Shown in pieces: positions 10,249 to 23,999 of a DNA stretch of 64,000 nucleotides; the first letter of the stretch is position 1, and each line of letters starts with the position of its first letter. The notes beneath the pieces were generated by a model. The model saw nothing but the letters and a program-made list of their open reading frames with translations, was not told where the DNA came from and did not search any database. Position numbers and translations under genes: made by a program. This DNA is from Camelus ferus (lineage: Eukaryota). The stretch lies in the NCBI RefSeq assembly GCF_009834535.1, contig NC_045696.1, forward strand, positions 16,556,001 through 16,620,000, read 5' to 3'.

Positions 10249-13029
10249 TGAAGACGATGAACTTTAAGCAAATACACCTTTCACCAGGCTTGTCCTTAAT
10301 GCTGTCTCCAGAACAAGAGTGCCAATGGAGGCCATATGGTTATACGTCTAAATATTAAAAATTGTAACCCAAGTGAGAATGTATTAAATAAAAGTTGTTC
10401 TGTCTCCTTCCCTTGACAAATCTACCTTTATAGTGGCCTGGAAGGCCAGGTGCAAATTTAGGACTCTCAGATTTCTTAGAGTTCTGTGCTAAAACTTGGC
10501 ATCTTGGGGAAAGCTGGCCCTGGCCCCTGCCTGCTCCTCTTTCCTCCCCACCAGCAGCACTCTCTTGTGCTGAGAGGGGCCTCACCGTGTGTGGACCATC
10601 CAGGCCATAGTCTCTGAATACAGCAGCCCCTTAGCCATACCTCTGCTCTGGGAGGAGCAAACAGCCAGTGCCGTCTGCTTGTAGGAAGCCCACCTGGTAA
10701 AGAGTCCCATCATAGCCTTGGAAGTAGGCTCAGTGATGTCTGGGTGGGGGATTCCAGGGTCCCGGGTGCCCAGAGCCTGGTCCATCAGGGGAGACAAGGT
10801 TCCTCATGAGCAAGTTCAGCTACATGAACTTCTTGCCTGGGAGGGACATGGTGAGAGAGGGGCCAGAATGAGCCCTCTGAAGCCCAGGGTACAAGGCTGG
10901 GGCCTCATCCTGGTCAAGGGCAATGCTGCCTTTAGCTATGGTGTGAAAAAATTCAACCTATTTTTCTTTCCCTCAAGTACAGCAGCCAGCCACTTTTATC
11001 TTGCACTTCTGTTCACATTGCAGGGGTTCACAAAAGGATGAGACTGTTGGGGGTTAGATCAGAGTGCAGATGAGTGGAAAGCACTGAGGTTAGTGAGGGA
11101 GTGGGCCTAGGCTGGCTGTGGGCTTCTGCCAACAGGGAATTAACTAGGAGGCTGAGTCAGTGTGGGGCGCTGGGCCGGGTCATGTGATCTTGATGGCATA
11201 GGGCTCTTGTCTAGTGAGGCTACCTTAGGGTAAATGTCTACATTGGGACTTTAAAGATTCAGATTTTTGGAACAGCCTAGTGATTATAGAATACTCATGT
11301 GTAAGCTATACCCAAGAAATCCAAAATATTGAAGGGCTTTTAAAAGCATTTCAAACAGTCCTTTCTGCCCAGAGATTAAATGGAGGAGAAAGTTTTGTAC
11401 TGGATGTCCTGAACGATTCTTCAGTCTTGACCTGATTCAGTTTCCTTGGAAGTGCTTTCTGTACATGGGTAATTGTTTATATCTGGTACTTTCTGAGTCA
11501 TTGGTTAATGCAGGTTTGCATCATGAGATGCACCTTGTAAACCAAATGCTCAGAATGTTTTCTAGTCATTTTTTGTGATTATACTATGGTGAGAATTTAT
11601 ATTCTTTCCCTGCCCCATGATTGGTGTCTATGCTTTAGAAAAATTTGGTGTTGGTTCTACATTTTTGTATTGATCCTTGCTTATTGAAGAGTGTACCTAG
11701 TGCCAAGAAATTTCTGGAACACCCTGTCCCATATGGGTATTTCAAACTCAAATGGGTTCATGTTATCATCAGTTCTGCCAGGCCAGATGTCTATGGAGAA
11801 AGAGAAGGGTTGGGGTTGGATCTCTGGGGTTAAATGCCACTCAATCATTTCCTAAAGTCAGAAGCTCCCTTCTGCCTACTGATAACACTCTCAATGCCAT
11901 TTTGGACTAAAGAACAAGTGCAGATTAAGTGTGCCACTCTGAAGGGTGCACTAGCGTGTGACATGGGCAGCTGATCTTCTGATCTTCTGAACGGAGCTTG
12001 AGTTATCACCTTACTCCCAGGATGCACTGTGCAGTCAATAAAAGCTGAGCTTCTGCAACTCAAATACCTGTTTTTAACAAAATTCTTTTATGCTTCCAGG
12101 GTACCACTGGGGGCCAGGTTGTGTATGCTAGGTCATTAGGATTAGTTACCTTTTTATTTTTTCATCTGGGGAAGTTCTCTAGGGCTGGAATAGAGATGGC
12201 GATGCCGTTCTGTGTATATGTGTGTTTACGTGAATATGCATATATGTGCAGGTAGGTGCGTGGGTGCCATGTGATTGCTCCTGGAATCAACCAGGGCAAT
12301 TCAGGGTGAGGATGAGGGAGGGACTCTCTCTTAGGCTTCCACAATATTGGGAAATACGGAGTTTTTTCCATGTGAAAGAGAAGAGATTGCAGAAATCAGC
12401 TTTCTGAACATTCCCTAGGGAAGTTAAAACTCAGCAGAAGCGTCAGACCATACTTCTCTTAGTTCTCCACTTTTTTTCTTTATTTGGCTATGAAAGGATA
12501 GAAGAGAGACAATTACTTTTTATTCTGCAATTTACAGCTCTGAAATAATCGGGGTCTAACAGGTAGTCATCTACTTGCTGGGATCTAGAAAGACAAGATT
12601 TTTCTGATTGAAAGTGTCTCCCAGTTGGGAAGAAATGGGGCTGGAAGTTTATCCCATTGGTGTTACTTAACAGGGTTATGAAGCAGATTTCAGGAAGCTC
12701 TGTTAGAATCATAAACATTATCTGAGAAAAATGTACCCATCATTGTCTCTTAGGACTACATTCTCCTCCCGCCCCCCCACCCCCCAGATTGAGTGGAATG
12801 AAACACAGCACAAGTAAATTCTATAATGGTCCCAAGGAGAACTCTGGGATGGGGAGGAGGCAGGTCAGGGTGGAGTAATTTTTGGGGAAGACTTTGAGTT
12901 ACCAGGTGGTGACCTGTGTGTACTGGGGGCCTGGAGGGAGCAAGGCTGGAAGCACTTCAAAGAAGATCGAGAAAGGATAGAACAAGAATATGACTTTGCA
13001 AATTTTTCCTGGAGTAAATTTTGAACATT

Positions 13030-13260
13030 TAATTGAATGTAAAGTTATTAGTGCTTTCTATATGCCAATGATTCCAAGTTGTTTACAAATATCAACTGTT
13101 TTCAACTTCAAACTATGAGGGGGGTACTATGAATTTTATCCTTACAGGTAAGGAAACTGAGGAAGGGAGAATTTATTTGTCCAAATGCTGTAAGTGGCCA
13201 TGACTTAAATCTGGATGTTGTGTTTCTGAGTCAGCAGTCTTACCACTACCCATCTTGCCT
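13030..13260 (-). mobile_element. MIR SINE relic
   Basis: 'cttacaggtaaggaaactgagg...atttatttgtccaaatgctgtaagtggc' is the reverse MIR core. Confidence 0.6.
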
Positions 13261-13380
13261 GCCATGCTATACGATACAAAATTGTAATGCATGCCAGCAT
13301 TCAGAGAGAAACACAATGGACTTACACTTTTACCTTAATTTTGATTTTTCTTTCAGAAAATCTGATGATGGTGATGTATC

Positions 13381-13692
13381 TTTTTAAAAATTATTTATTT
13401 TATTTATTTAATCAAACTATAGTTGAGTTACAATGTTGTGTTAGTTTCAGGTGTACAGCAAAGTGATTCAGGTATACGTACATATAAATCTATCTATCTA
13501 TCTATTCTTTTTTCAGAATCTTTTCCATTATAGGTTACTACAAGATATTGAGTGTAGTTCCCTGTGCTATACAGTAGGTCCCTGTTGGGTATCTATTTTA
13601 TGTACAGTAGTGTCTATATATTAATCCTATACTCCTAATTTATCCCCCCTCCTCCTTCCTCTTTGGTAACCATGAGTTTGTTCTCTATGTTT
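13381..13692 (-). mobile_element. L1 3' UTR fragment
   Basis: 'tatagttgagttacaatgttgtgttagtttcaggtgtacagcaaagtgattcag...tttggtaaccatgagtttgttctctatg'. Degenerate TSD tgatgtatctt / tgatgtacctt. Confidence 0.85.
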
Positions 13693-13989
13693 AATGATGT
13701 ACCTTGGTGGTTTCTGTCTGTCTGCTCCCATTCTTACTGGTATTGGGTCTCCATTCTCACCTGCTAGGACTGCATTCTTCTCTAGTTCATTCATTCCTCC
13801 TCCCTCCCTTCCTTCCTTCACTCATTCATTCATTCCTGTGCAGAGCACAGCATGCTGCTCTCTTTTCAGTTTCTAATAGTTGAAAGTGAAAGGGCTTGTG
13901 GACTATCTCATAAAGCTTGAATGGACAAAAGTTGAGTATTTCTGGGCAAGATGAACTAGAAACTATAATCTAGTAAAGATGGATGGAAC

Positions 13990-14230
13990 ACTTAAACTAC
14001 ATGTTAGGGATGATATTAAATACATTACAAGGATTCGCTCATTTAATCCTTACCACAAACCTATGAAGTAGCTACGATTATTGCCTTCATTTAGTAAACG
14101 AGAAAAGTGAGTATTAAAGAAGTAGAAACAAAAGATGAAAAGACAGCCAAAACAAAATAAAACACTAGGAAGTAGCAGCGCCAAGATTTAAATCAGCACT
14201 CAGATGGTCCGCATTAGAATCCTGGATTTC
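13990..14230 (-). mobile_element. MIR SINE relic
   Basis: 'ctcatttaatccttaccacaaacctatgaagtag...attattgccttcatttagtaaacgagaaaagtgag'. Confidence 0.55.
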
Positions 14231-14374
14231 ACTCCATTACTGTAGATGCAATGAGTTAGCATGTAAAAATGACATAGATAAACATCAGCTAGAACAAAAG
14301 CAAGTACTTGATGAAGGATGTCTATTCGTTTTTTTCCTCCAGTTTGTTTTCAACTTTTATGTCATTTTTTTGTT

Positions 14375-14845
14375 TAGTTTATTAAATTAAAAAAATTAAA
14401 GTCTACATAAAGAAGGTGCACATATTCTAAAGCATAGAACTCACTGAGTCTTTACCAGCTGAAGACTCCCATGTAATCATAGAATATGGCCAGTACCCAG
14501 AGACCCCTTTTGCCCTCCTACAGGCATTGTCCCCCTGGCCCCAGGGGTAACCACTATCTTGACTTATAACAGCATCAGTTTGCTTTCACTTGTTTTTATA
14601 TAAATGGAAGCATATAGTTTTCTTTGTGTCAGGCTTCTTTCACTCAAATTACATTTGTGAGGTTCATCCATATTGTTGCATGTTGTTAAGTGTGTTCATT
14701 CTTATTGCAGTAAGTTGTGGAGATATATCACAATCTATTTACCCGTCCTACTGTTAACACGCATTTGGTTAGTTTCCAGTTCAGAGCACTTGTGAATAGT
14801 GCTGCTTTAAAGGTTCTAACACATGTCTTTTGGTGGGCATATGTT
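14375..14845 (-). mobile_element. Old L1M (L1MC/ME-type) 3' end
   Basis: 'aaccactatcttgactt...ataaatggaagcatatag...gcttctttcactcaa...ttcatccatattgttgcatg...tgaatagtgctgct'. Confidence 0.75.
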
Positions 14846-17269
14846 AGCTATTTTTTTTAACCATTATGTACACTAAAGACAGTGCAGAATAATGAGTTAG
14901 TCAGGAGGAAGTTAAGAAGAAGAAGAGTCTATTAGCATGCATTAAAAACTAATGTTAAAAGTGAGAAAATATGGCAAAACAGAAATAAAAGAAAAAACAA
15001 TTAGAACTCAGTAGAGCTAACCATCAGTTCTCTGGTTAATCCCACATTGTGTCAAGCTGTACATACAAAAAAAAAAGATGCACTCTATAACTCACAGAAA
15101 AAAAAAAAAGGACCAATAGACACTAGACCATGGGAAGATTCTGCTACAGTTTCCCAGAGGATGAGAGGTATGATGATGGTTCTGAGCTGAGACCATAGTT
15201 TACCCTTGCAGACTTAAGGTGGCCATTCAGGAGATGTGCTGATTTTTCAGAGGCACATCTGAGTTAGGATGAAGAGCTTGCCAAGACTCATCAACTCATC
15301 CCCCAAATAACAAAGGTGAATGGGGAGTAAGATGAGTCATTTTAAACCAGAGCAACTGGTAAGAAATGTGGGATATCATTCCAAATAATCAGCTGGATTC
15401 AGTCAGTATGTATCTCACACAGAAACAAACAACATAGTAGGAAGTAAGGCACAGAGTGCATCTGGTGATTTTAAAGTCTGGGTGGCAAACTGAGTGTAGG
15501 GCACCAACAGATATTTCCAGTTGAAGGTTTGGAAGAGAAAGAGGATATGGAGAGAGAATATTTGGAGAGATAGATTGAGAATGCCAAGATTAAGGATTTG
15601 ATTTTTAGAGTCATCAGTTTCTGGCAAGAGACAGGGTTAAAATGATAAATATTGGGGAAAATATGAAGGTTAGAGTTGTTGATCTGATCAAATAAGCTTT
15701 ACATTCATTTTAAGTGGGGCAGGTAAACATTCAAACTAATTGTCAAACTCAATAATGCGTCTTCCACAAACAACTCAGAGAAGTAAATACCAGCATGAAG
15801 AAGGGACCCCATCTTGCACAAGAAAATGATAGGGAAATGAGGCTAATTTTCCAAAATCAAAGCATTAAAGATGGACATTTCATCCTTGGGAAGGTAGAGG
15901 AGGCAATGTGAATTAATGTCAGAGAAATTTAGACTTGAAAGACATCTTAGAGATTGGTCTGACCCTTGCCTTTCATAGATGAATAACATGGAAACATGTA
16001 GAGGCTGAATTAGGCTCTGGAATCAAGTGATTTAAGTTGAAATTGCAGGTATCAGACTGATCTGTTTGGCCAATTTTTCATGTGTAAAATGGGTTGATAA
16101 TTGTATCCATCTAGATTGTTTTGAAGATCAGTGACATAATCTACATCGTGCTTAATGAGTGCCTGCCACAGACTTAATTATTGGTTTCCAGGGACTGACA
16201 TGACCCTAGAGTTTCACAGTAAGTTAGCGCTAGAGCTGCGTCTAGATCCCAAGTTTAACTGGTTTGCAAACTTCCAATTTAGTGTTGTCCAGCCATATCA
16301 CACTGTCTCTTGCTGGAATTTCAGAAACCCTTTTCCTTTGCTCTGAATTCTGAACCAGTTTTAAGGTAGGCATGAGAGTCAGGCAAATGAGACTAAAATA
16401 ATCAATTTTCTTACTCATAGAAGCTGGATTGGAGATTAAGACTTAGATATAGGACAAAAATCAAACTCCTGCCCTATTCTCTAGCCCACCCATGGGTCCT
16501 AATCTAAACTTTGGTAGAACAAATACAAAAGAAAGTTTATGGTCCACTAAGATGGCTGCCTTGCTGGGGTAGGGGAGGGAGTAAGAGAGAGAGGTGGGGA
16601 GAATGGGCAGAAAGATCCCAAATCCTTCTTGTGTAGAAATTTTGAAATGTCAGCTCCATTCAGTCATTGAATATGGACCAGTATCTGTCAACTAAAGGAT
16701 GTACTCTGTCTTCAGGGGTGGATTACTCAGTAGATCTCTTTGGGAGATGCCCAAGAGTTAATCAGGAAAAGAAGGGGAGAAAGGACATTCTGGGCAAGGG
16801 GACAGTATGTGAATAAGGCATTCTTGGAGATGGAGACAACAGAGTTGCACAGATGCTGGAAGGCAGGGTGATTGCAGGACTGGGGCGCCAACGTCCTCTC
16901 CTGCTTCTGCCAGTACTGAAACCACAACTCCAGATGTAAAAGTTAGCACAAAGAACTTGTTGATTTGGAAATGTAGGGGACATAGTTTATTTATTTATTC
17001 AACCATTATGGAACCACCATGTTTTTGGACGCAAGTGAGATTGTATCTCTCTTTTTAAAGCCCTCTGGTGGCTTGCAACTGCATTAGATCAAAACCAAAT
17101 TCCTTATCATGACTTTCAAGTCCTCATCTGGTCTGTCCTCTGCGTACGTCTCTTTCACTATTGCTATGACACATCCCTGTAGCCCTCCTTCTGTTCCTTG
17201 GGCACGCTTTTGCTATAAGGCCTGTAAGCTCTGCGTCCGTATCTTCTTCTTCTTTTTAAAAATTATTTC

Positions 17270-18600
17270 AGAACATTTCCACCCAGCTTATTGAGGTATT
17301 ATTAACATATAACATATATAAGTTATACCATGTGATGATTTGATACCTGTACGTACTGCAAAATGATGACCACAGTAAGTTTAGTTAACACATCCATCCT
17401 TTCACATCATTGCCATTTTTGGTGTGTGGTGATAACATTTAAGATCTACTCTTTTTTTTTTTTTTAACATTTTTTATTGATTTATAATCATTTTACAATG
17501 TTATGTCAAATTCCAGTGTAGGGCACAATTTTTCAGTTATACATGAACATATATGAATTCATTGTCACATTTTTCTCTCTGTGAGCTACCATCAGATCTT
17601 GTGTATATTTCCCTGTGCTATACAGTATAATCTTGTTTATCTATTCTACAATTTTGAAATCCCGTCTATCCCTTCCCACCCTCCACCCCCTTGGCAACCA
17701 CAAGTTTGTATTCTATGTCTATGAGTCTATTTCTGTTTTGTATTTATGCTTTGTTTGTTTTTTGTTTTTTTATTTTTACTCTTTTATATACTTCTAAGTA
17801 TATAATACAGTATTGTTCTTTATAGCCACCATGCTGTGCATAACATCTCCAGACCTTATTCATCTTATAGCTAGAAGTTTGCATACTTTCATCAGTGTCT
17901 CCCATTTCCCCCAGCCCTCAGGACCTGGCAACTACCATCCTATTCTCTGTTTCTTTGAGTTTGCTTTTTCAGGTTCTTCATATAAGTGAGAACATATACT
18001 ATCTGTCTTTCTCTGTCTGACTTATTTTACTTCACATAATGCCCTCAAGCTTTATCCAGGTTGTTGTAAAAAGCAGAATTTCCTTCTTTTTGTACATGAA
18101 TAATATTCCAGCATATATATAAGATACATATGTATGTGTATGTATATGTATATATATATACACACACACACTGAAATATTATTCATACATATACATATTT
18201 ACATACATATATATACACACACACACACACATACACACACTCCATTGTCTTTATCCATTTATCTCCTGGCAGACACTGAGGTTGTCGCCATGTCTTGGCT
18301 ATTGTAAATTATGCTGCAATGAACATGGGGGTCCAGCTATGTCTTTGAGATAGTGATTTCATTTTCTTTGAATAAATGCTCAGATGTGGAATTGCTGGAT
18401 TATATGGTAGTGCTATTTTTAACTTTTGAGCCTGCATACTGTTTTCTATAGTGGCTGTGCCAAGTTACATTCCCACCATCAGTTCACAGAGGTTTTCTTT
18501 TCTCCATGGCCTTGCCAACACCTGTCTTCTGATTTTTGATAATAGCCGTTCTAACAGGTTTGAGGTGATACCTTTGTGGTTTTGATTTGCATTTCCTGAC
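17270..18600 (-). mobile_element. Older L1MA-type 3' end (host of a younger L1)
   Basis: 'agtttagttaacacatccatc...aacatttaagatctactc|...aagtatataatacagtattg...ttcccaccatcag...gttttgatttgcatttcctga'. Confidence 0.85.
17456..17776 (-). mobile_element. Young 5'-truncated L1 nested in the older L1
   Basis: Same 3' UTR type as 9588-10248; poly(T) at the left end; TSD tactctttt at 17447-17455 and 17777-17785. Confidence 0.9.
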
Positions 18601-18818
18601 CAGATCTTCTTGATGCCATTCAGACTGCAACTCAAATATCACCACCCCAAGAGGTTTAGTCTCACCATCCTATTTATAGTACCCTTCCCATCACACTATG
18701 TTGGCCTGTTTTATATATTTTATTGATACCAATTCAATAATTTATTGAAATTATCTTATTCATGTAGTGGTTTACTTGCTCATGATCAGGCTTCATCCTA
18801 CTAAGATAAAAGCTTCCA

Positions 18819-19040
18819 CTGCTCTACAGTATAAACTTCTTGTTTATCTATTTTATATATATTAGTTTCTGCAAATCTCAAACTCCCAATTTATCCCATG
18901 AGTAGTAACTCATGGTGAAAAAGCATATGAAAACGAATATATGTATGTTCCTATATGACTGAAGCATTGTGCTGTACACCAGAAATTGACACAACACTGT
19001 AAACTGACTATACTTCAATAAAAATTTTTAAAAAAAGAAA
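18819..19040 (+). mobile_element. Short L1 3' UTR insertion with 5' inversion
   Basis: About 18819-18897 is antisense and about 18901-19040 is sense, ending in aataaa and an A-rich tail. Degenerate TSD ataaaagcttcca / ataaagtcttcca. Confidence 0.8.
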
Positions 19041-22000
19041 AAATAAAATAAAGTCTTCCAGAGAACAGAAATCTTGTTTGTGTCATTCAGTGCTATCTTT
19101 GGGGCCCAAAAAACTATTGGCATACAGTAGGCTCTGGAAAAGTATTTTAAAAGGCATGATTCTATGAGTAAAGAGGTAGATGAATGAATGAATGAGCTTA
19201 ACATATAAGCTCTGGGGATTTCAAGGTCAACAGACTTTCTTGCAAGAACTCACGGTCCAGGCAACTCAATGTGCTAAGTGTTAATAGAGGTTAATAGAGT
19301 GCTAAGTGTTAAGAGGGTGTTAACATGTGAAATGTTGGGGAAGAACAGAGATGGGGGACTGAAGGCTTCAGAGAAAAAGTGATTACTAAGTAGATCCCTT
19401 TGAGGATGACAGAAAATTGGCCAGAAAGAGAAGGGGAGGAAGGACATTCTGGGTAGAAGTAACCGTATGTGAATAGCCTGTTCTTGGAAATCAAAACACT
19501 GAAGGGAGTGCAACTCCAGGCACTCAGATATGTCATTCTGTTTTTTTTTTTTTTTTTTAAAACAAATTTCAAATACAACTAAGATGGAAAATGTGCTGTA
19601 ATTCCCTATCAGGGATCCTGGTGCACAGACACGTGGTTCCAGAGGGATTAAAAGATTCTTTCTAAATAACAACTATAAATCTCTAACAGGAAAGGAGCAA
19701 CATCCAAGAGGCTCTTGGATGGATTTAGATTTTAATAGAAAAATGAACAGAATATAGACACTTCTTCACACTCTTGGAACGAGGGATGCGATGAAACAGG
19801 AATTGTGCGAGGCCCGAGGGAGCTGTGGCTTAGAGAAATTCTAACGAAAGTCTTTCAGACCCTCAGCAGGAAAAAGAAGTGTAAACCAACAAGGTAGAGT
19901 CAGCCCTGCCACTCATGGAAGTTAGCTGGCAAAAGGAGGCCACCCAGACTAGAGATGTCACAAGCAGCCGTGAGTGCAGGGAATAAAGGTCAAAGACAGA
20001 TGTCATTTTGCATAAATGTATGCTTCCAGACTAAAAATACATTTAAGTTAATGAAATAATGAAAAATTCTGATAATAGAGAGAGTCATCAATTTCTCTGA
20101 AATGTGGAGAATGAGTGAAGGAAATATCAGAACAAATAATGGCAAGTACAGAAGAAAAAGATTATTGCCCCATCCGGGAATGACCTTTATAGGATGGTGC
20201 AGTTAATTCTGGCTTACGAGGTCACAGAAATTACTTTCATGCTCCAAAAAAATACCCCTTTGAGTTACAGTCCTTGTGTCTAAATCCAGACATTTGCTGG
20301 CTTAGCTTGGTTGTGAAGATTCGGGTTTAGTTTATTTAAAAAAACTTTTTTTTTTTCATTGAATTTCCCTATACCTTAGCTATTGCTCCAGCATGTGTCC
20401 TTTGGCTGAACCATGCAATGTAGAAAATCTCTCAGGACCACAATACTTTGGTTTGGACATTGGGGATCCCTTAGTGAATATTAAGGAGTTATTGTGAAAT
20501 ACTGAGTTTTAAGGGTCTATGTTCAATTATATGGGAAAGCTGTTCTTTAGCTCACAAAGACCTACTCTGCCACTCTTAATTATTTAACTGGAAATATATA
20601 TTCTGAATGTCTCTGGTACACATGTACTTTTATGACACATAACTGGATTTTTTGAGGTCTTTAAAGGGCAAAAGAGAAATGATTAAAGCATCCCTGGGGA
20701 AATATGAAGAACTCTTTGAGTCACAAAATTACCCCCAAATAGAGCACGTTCAAAGGGACTTTTTGTCTGCATAGTGAATAAAATTATCTCTTTTTTTTAT
20801 GCAAACTACATATACTTTTACAACTTAGAATTTGGCAACTCATCTAAACCACCGAACGTTAGGAAGTATTCCTGTCCAGTTTCTTAGAACTTTCACTGTT
20901 CCCTTTTCTTCTGAAGGCTGCTGTTATGAACATATATGTCAAAAGTGATTTATACACTTCACGATAAGTCTTGGTCCATGTTATTATTCAAAATCTTCCT
21001 GGGCTGATTCAAGACCGTATCAGAAACAAATGTATGAGTTGACGTGGTTGAGCTGTTAAAAACACCTTTAGGTTATAGATTGTTTCAAGTAAGTTGCCTC
21101 ACTGAATTCCAAACCTCTTTCTGTTCAAAAGGTTTTAAATTTTAATTTTGGATTGCATTTATATCCCTATAAAGACGTTTATCATTGGCACTTACTAAAT
21201 TTAAAATTACAAACCAGGATGAAGCATTATTTTGCCCTCTAGACAATAGATAATCATTTTGCAGTACTATATTATATTCCAGGTGATTGATGTAATTTTT
21301 ATGTCTCAAAGAAAAATGTTTCCAATCAGTAGCCTTTTACACTGGATTTTCTAAATACACACATTCCCAAGCTATAATAGCATGCTGTTGAAAACTAAAT
21401 TTTCCTGTTAAGTTCAAGGACTACTAAAGAAGAATCTATGTGTATTAGAAGAATTTGTCAACAATCCTTTACCTTTTCCTGTCAATCTTTTGGTAAGGGA
21501 AAACTTTTTAAGAGGGTCTCTGAGAGGCCCTATAATATATTGAAGCTACCCTAGAAATACCATTAGTAAATACTACCAAGCATGTTGAAATGTTCAAAGA
21601 AGAAAGATTATGTGGGAGAAAATATGAAACAGAGGGAAACTGTATTGAGGTTGATTTAAAGTCAGTATACATATGAGACATGATATGAAAAAGGATATTT
21701 ATAATCTCCATAATGATTATCTAAGATCAGTCTCTTGATGTAGGTAGATTGTGGTTGTTACTTAAAAGGAGAAAAGGAGAAAATTGCAATACAGAATGAG
21801 GGCAAAATAACACTTTCATCCCCCTCTCCCTCTCTCTTTTTCTCTCTTCCTTCCTCTCCTTTGAACACTTGTTACCCACCCGTGGTAACTCTTGGTAATA
21901 TTATAATTAGCAAGACAGAGAGGCTCTCTCTTCTTATGAAGACTGTCAATACAGATGTAAAAGTAGGGGCCCAGAAGGGGATATCCCTGAATTCTGAGAC

Positions 22001-23999
22001 TTTGTAGATTCTCCAAGTGCCCATGGCTGATTTCCTGTCTTGTCTGTTTCCTTAAATGCTCTCCTTGCTATTGAAGCTTCTCTATTGGAAGGGCTACAAA
22101 TATAAATGTAAATAAGACTTTCAAATATTTAAAAAAAATGCATCCTAGATGTTTGACTCTCTTTCCTTTTTTCTTTCCTTTCTTTCCTTTCTCCCCCCCC
22201 CCTTTTTTTAAAGAGTGAAAAGGGGTGACAGAAAGCTTAGACAGACAGATGGGTTTGGTTTACAACTCCTACCTAAGAGGACAAAAGCCATTCTGAATTG
22301 AAAGCAGCCCGGGGATGCAGCTGTGGCTGGAACCCCTTGGCAGTGGATGGAGGAGGAGGAGGAGGCCATGACAGTAGAGAAGCATGAGGTCTTATCGTAT
22401 CCTTACTTGGTTCTCGTCCCACAGCTCCCTCCACTATCATCAGGGTCTGAGTTGCTCCAGATCCTGCTGGCAACACCAGGTAATTATGAAAATAAGCCCA
22501 TAGACTCAACATTGACTTAAAACTCTGCCCACAAAGAGAAATGAGGAGGACTGACTACCAGCTGGAAGCCAAGGACCATTACACTTCAGTCTCTTTTTAT
22601 ACATGAATAATACCCAAGATTCCCCTGACATTTCCAGGCATTGTTTTTGGATGCAAAGGTGAGGGAGGCCCTTGTACTCACAAATACACAAATAAGTAAA
22701 CTTATAAACTTCTAATATACATTCAAAAAGAGATGCAAGTCTACATTTTGAAAAAAAGTGTGGAGCAAATGTTATGGAGGTCAAACATATATGTGACCAG
22801 ATTCCAATTTACATTTTGAAAAGAAAAGGGGTTGTAGTAAACAATGCAAAAATATGTCTGAAAAGATTTTCAGGTTTATTTATAAAACAAAACAAAACAA
22901 TGCCGCCACCATATTTGTTCCAGAGAACAGAGGGGATTATGACAGTTAGGGAATGAAGCACGTAGGATATTGTCTGCAGGTGGAGCTAACTTTTGAACAC
23001 AAAAAATCAGTTTCTGCTGATGGGGATGCAAAGGCTGAGTTTCCTCATCAGGGGAGATGGCATAACCATGGATCATGAAGAGAGATATAGCAAGCTTTAT
23101 AATCGTACTACAAACCATTTTTCTGGGAGCACAAAGAAGAGAGAGAATTATAACTCAGGGAGTCAGGAGATACTTTATGGAAAAGATGTCAATGCACGTA
23201 CCTTGAAGAAGAAGTAACATTTCTAAAAGTGGGCGTGGGAGAGCACAATACTCGGGGTGATGCTAGCCACCCCGAGGGAATGTGCATGTTCAGCAAATCT
23301 TAATACTGAGCCCTTATTGTGTATCTAAGACCAAAGGTTCCTCTGAAGGGGACTTGGTTTGCTTGGTTTACTGAGAGCATTGTGTGACTGGAGCTTAGGA
23401 AAGAAACAGGGAGTATAAAGAGAGATAAGGTAGGTAAATGAAGGTTGGGGCTTGGAAAAATGAAATTGGCTTACTTTTTAAGGCAATTTTATACAACTTT
23501 GGTCAATAATTTTGGATCTTATTTAAAGCAGGGCTGAGAGTGGAGAAGTTGACTTTATAACTTACTAGCTTGCTTTTCTGAGGCACTTTTTAAAAAATAG
23601 CTTTTTAAAATGGATGAATATTCTCACCTCCAGAGGAAACCCAGCACCTCTGGAAGGGAAGCCTCCTGCCATGCCCCATTCATCTCCATGGGGAAAGATG
23701 TGTGATACAGGATGTGGACAAGGTCACATAGTTGGGCTTGGGTGGTGAGGAAGAAAGTAGCAATAAGTGAAAGAATGTTTACCTTCAGCATGGATTTTTC
23801 TTTGAATTTTGAGCTCTCCTTCTCTGTCCTACTTCCAAATTGGATCATTTCCCTTTTTGTTTTATATGGTCTCTTTGAAAGATTTTTCATTTTCATGTAA
23901 GATGTCTGATTTTGGACCACCGTCCCCTTCAGAGGAATCTTGGGCCCTAGAAAGCCAAGGAGGAAATGTTCTGGAGGTCAAGGAGGAGGCCTTGGTATA

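Larger units (their letters stand above)
17040..19200 (+). mobile_element. L2 3' end, split by L1 insertions at about 17270-18600 and 18819-19040
   Basis: L2 motifs 'aaaccaaattccttatcatgactttcaagtcctc' and 'ctcaaatatcaccacc', 'cttgtttgtgtcattcagtgctatc', and the terminal (GAAT)n at about 19180-19195. Confidence 0.6.

Noticed and set aside
1000..16000. Several AP-1 heptamers (TGA[G/C]TCA)
   Set aside because: They are dispersed rather than clustered, and are expected by chance in CpG-decayed mammalian DNA.
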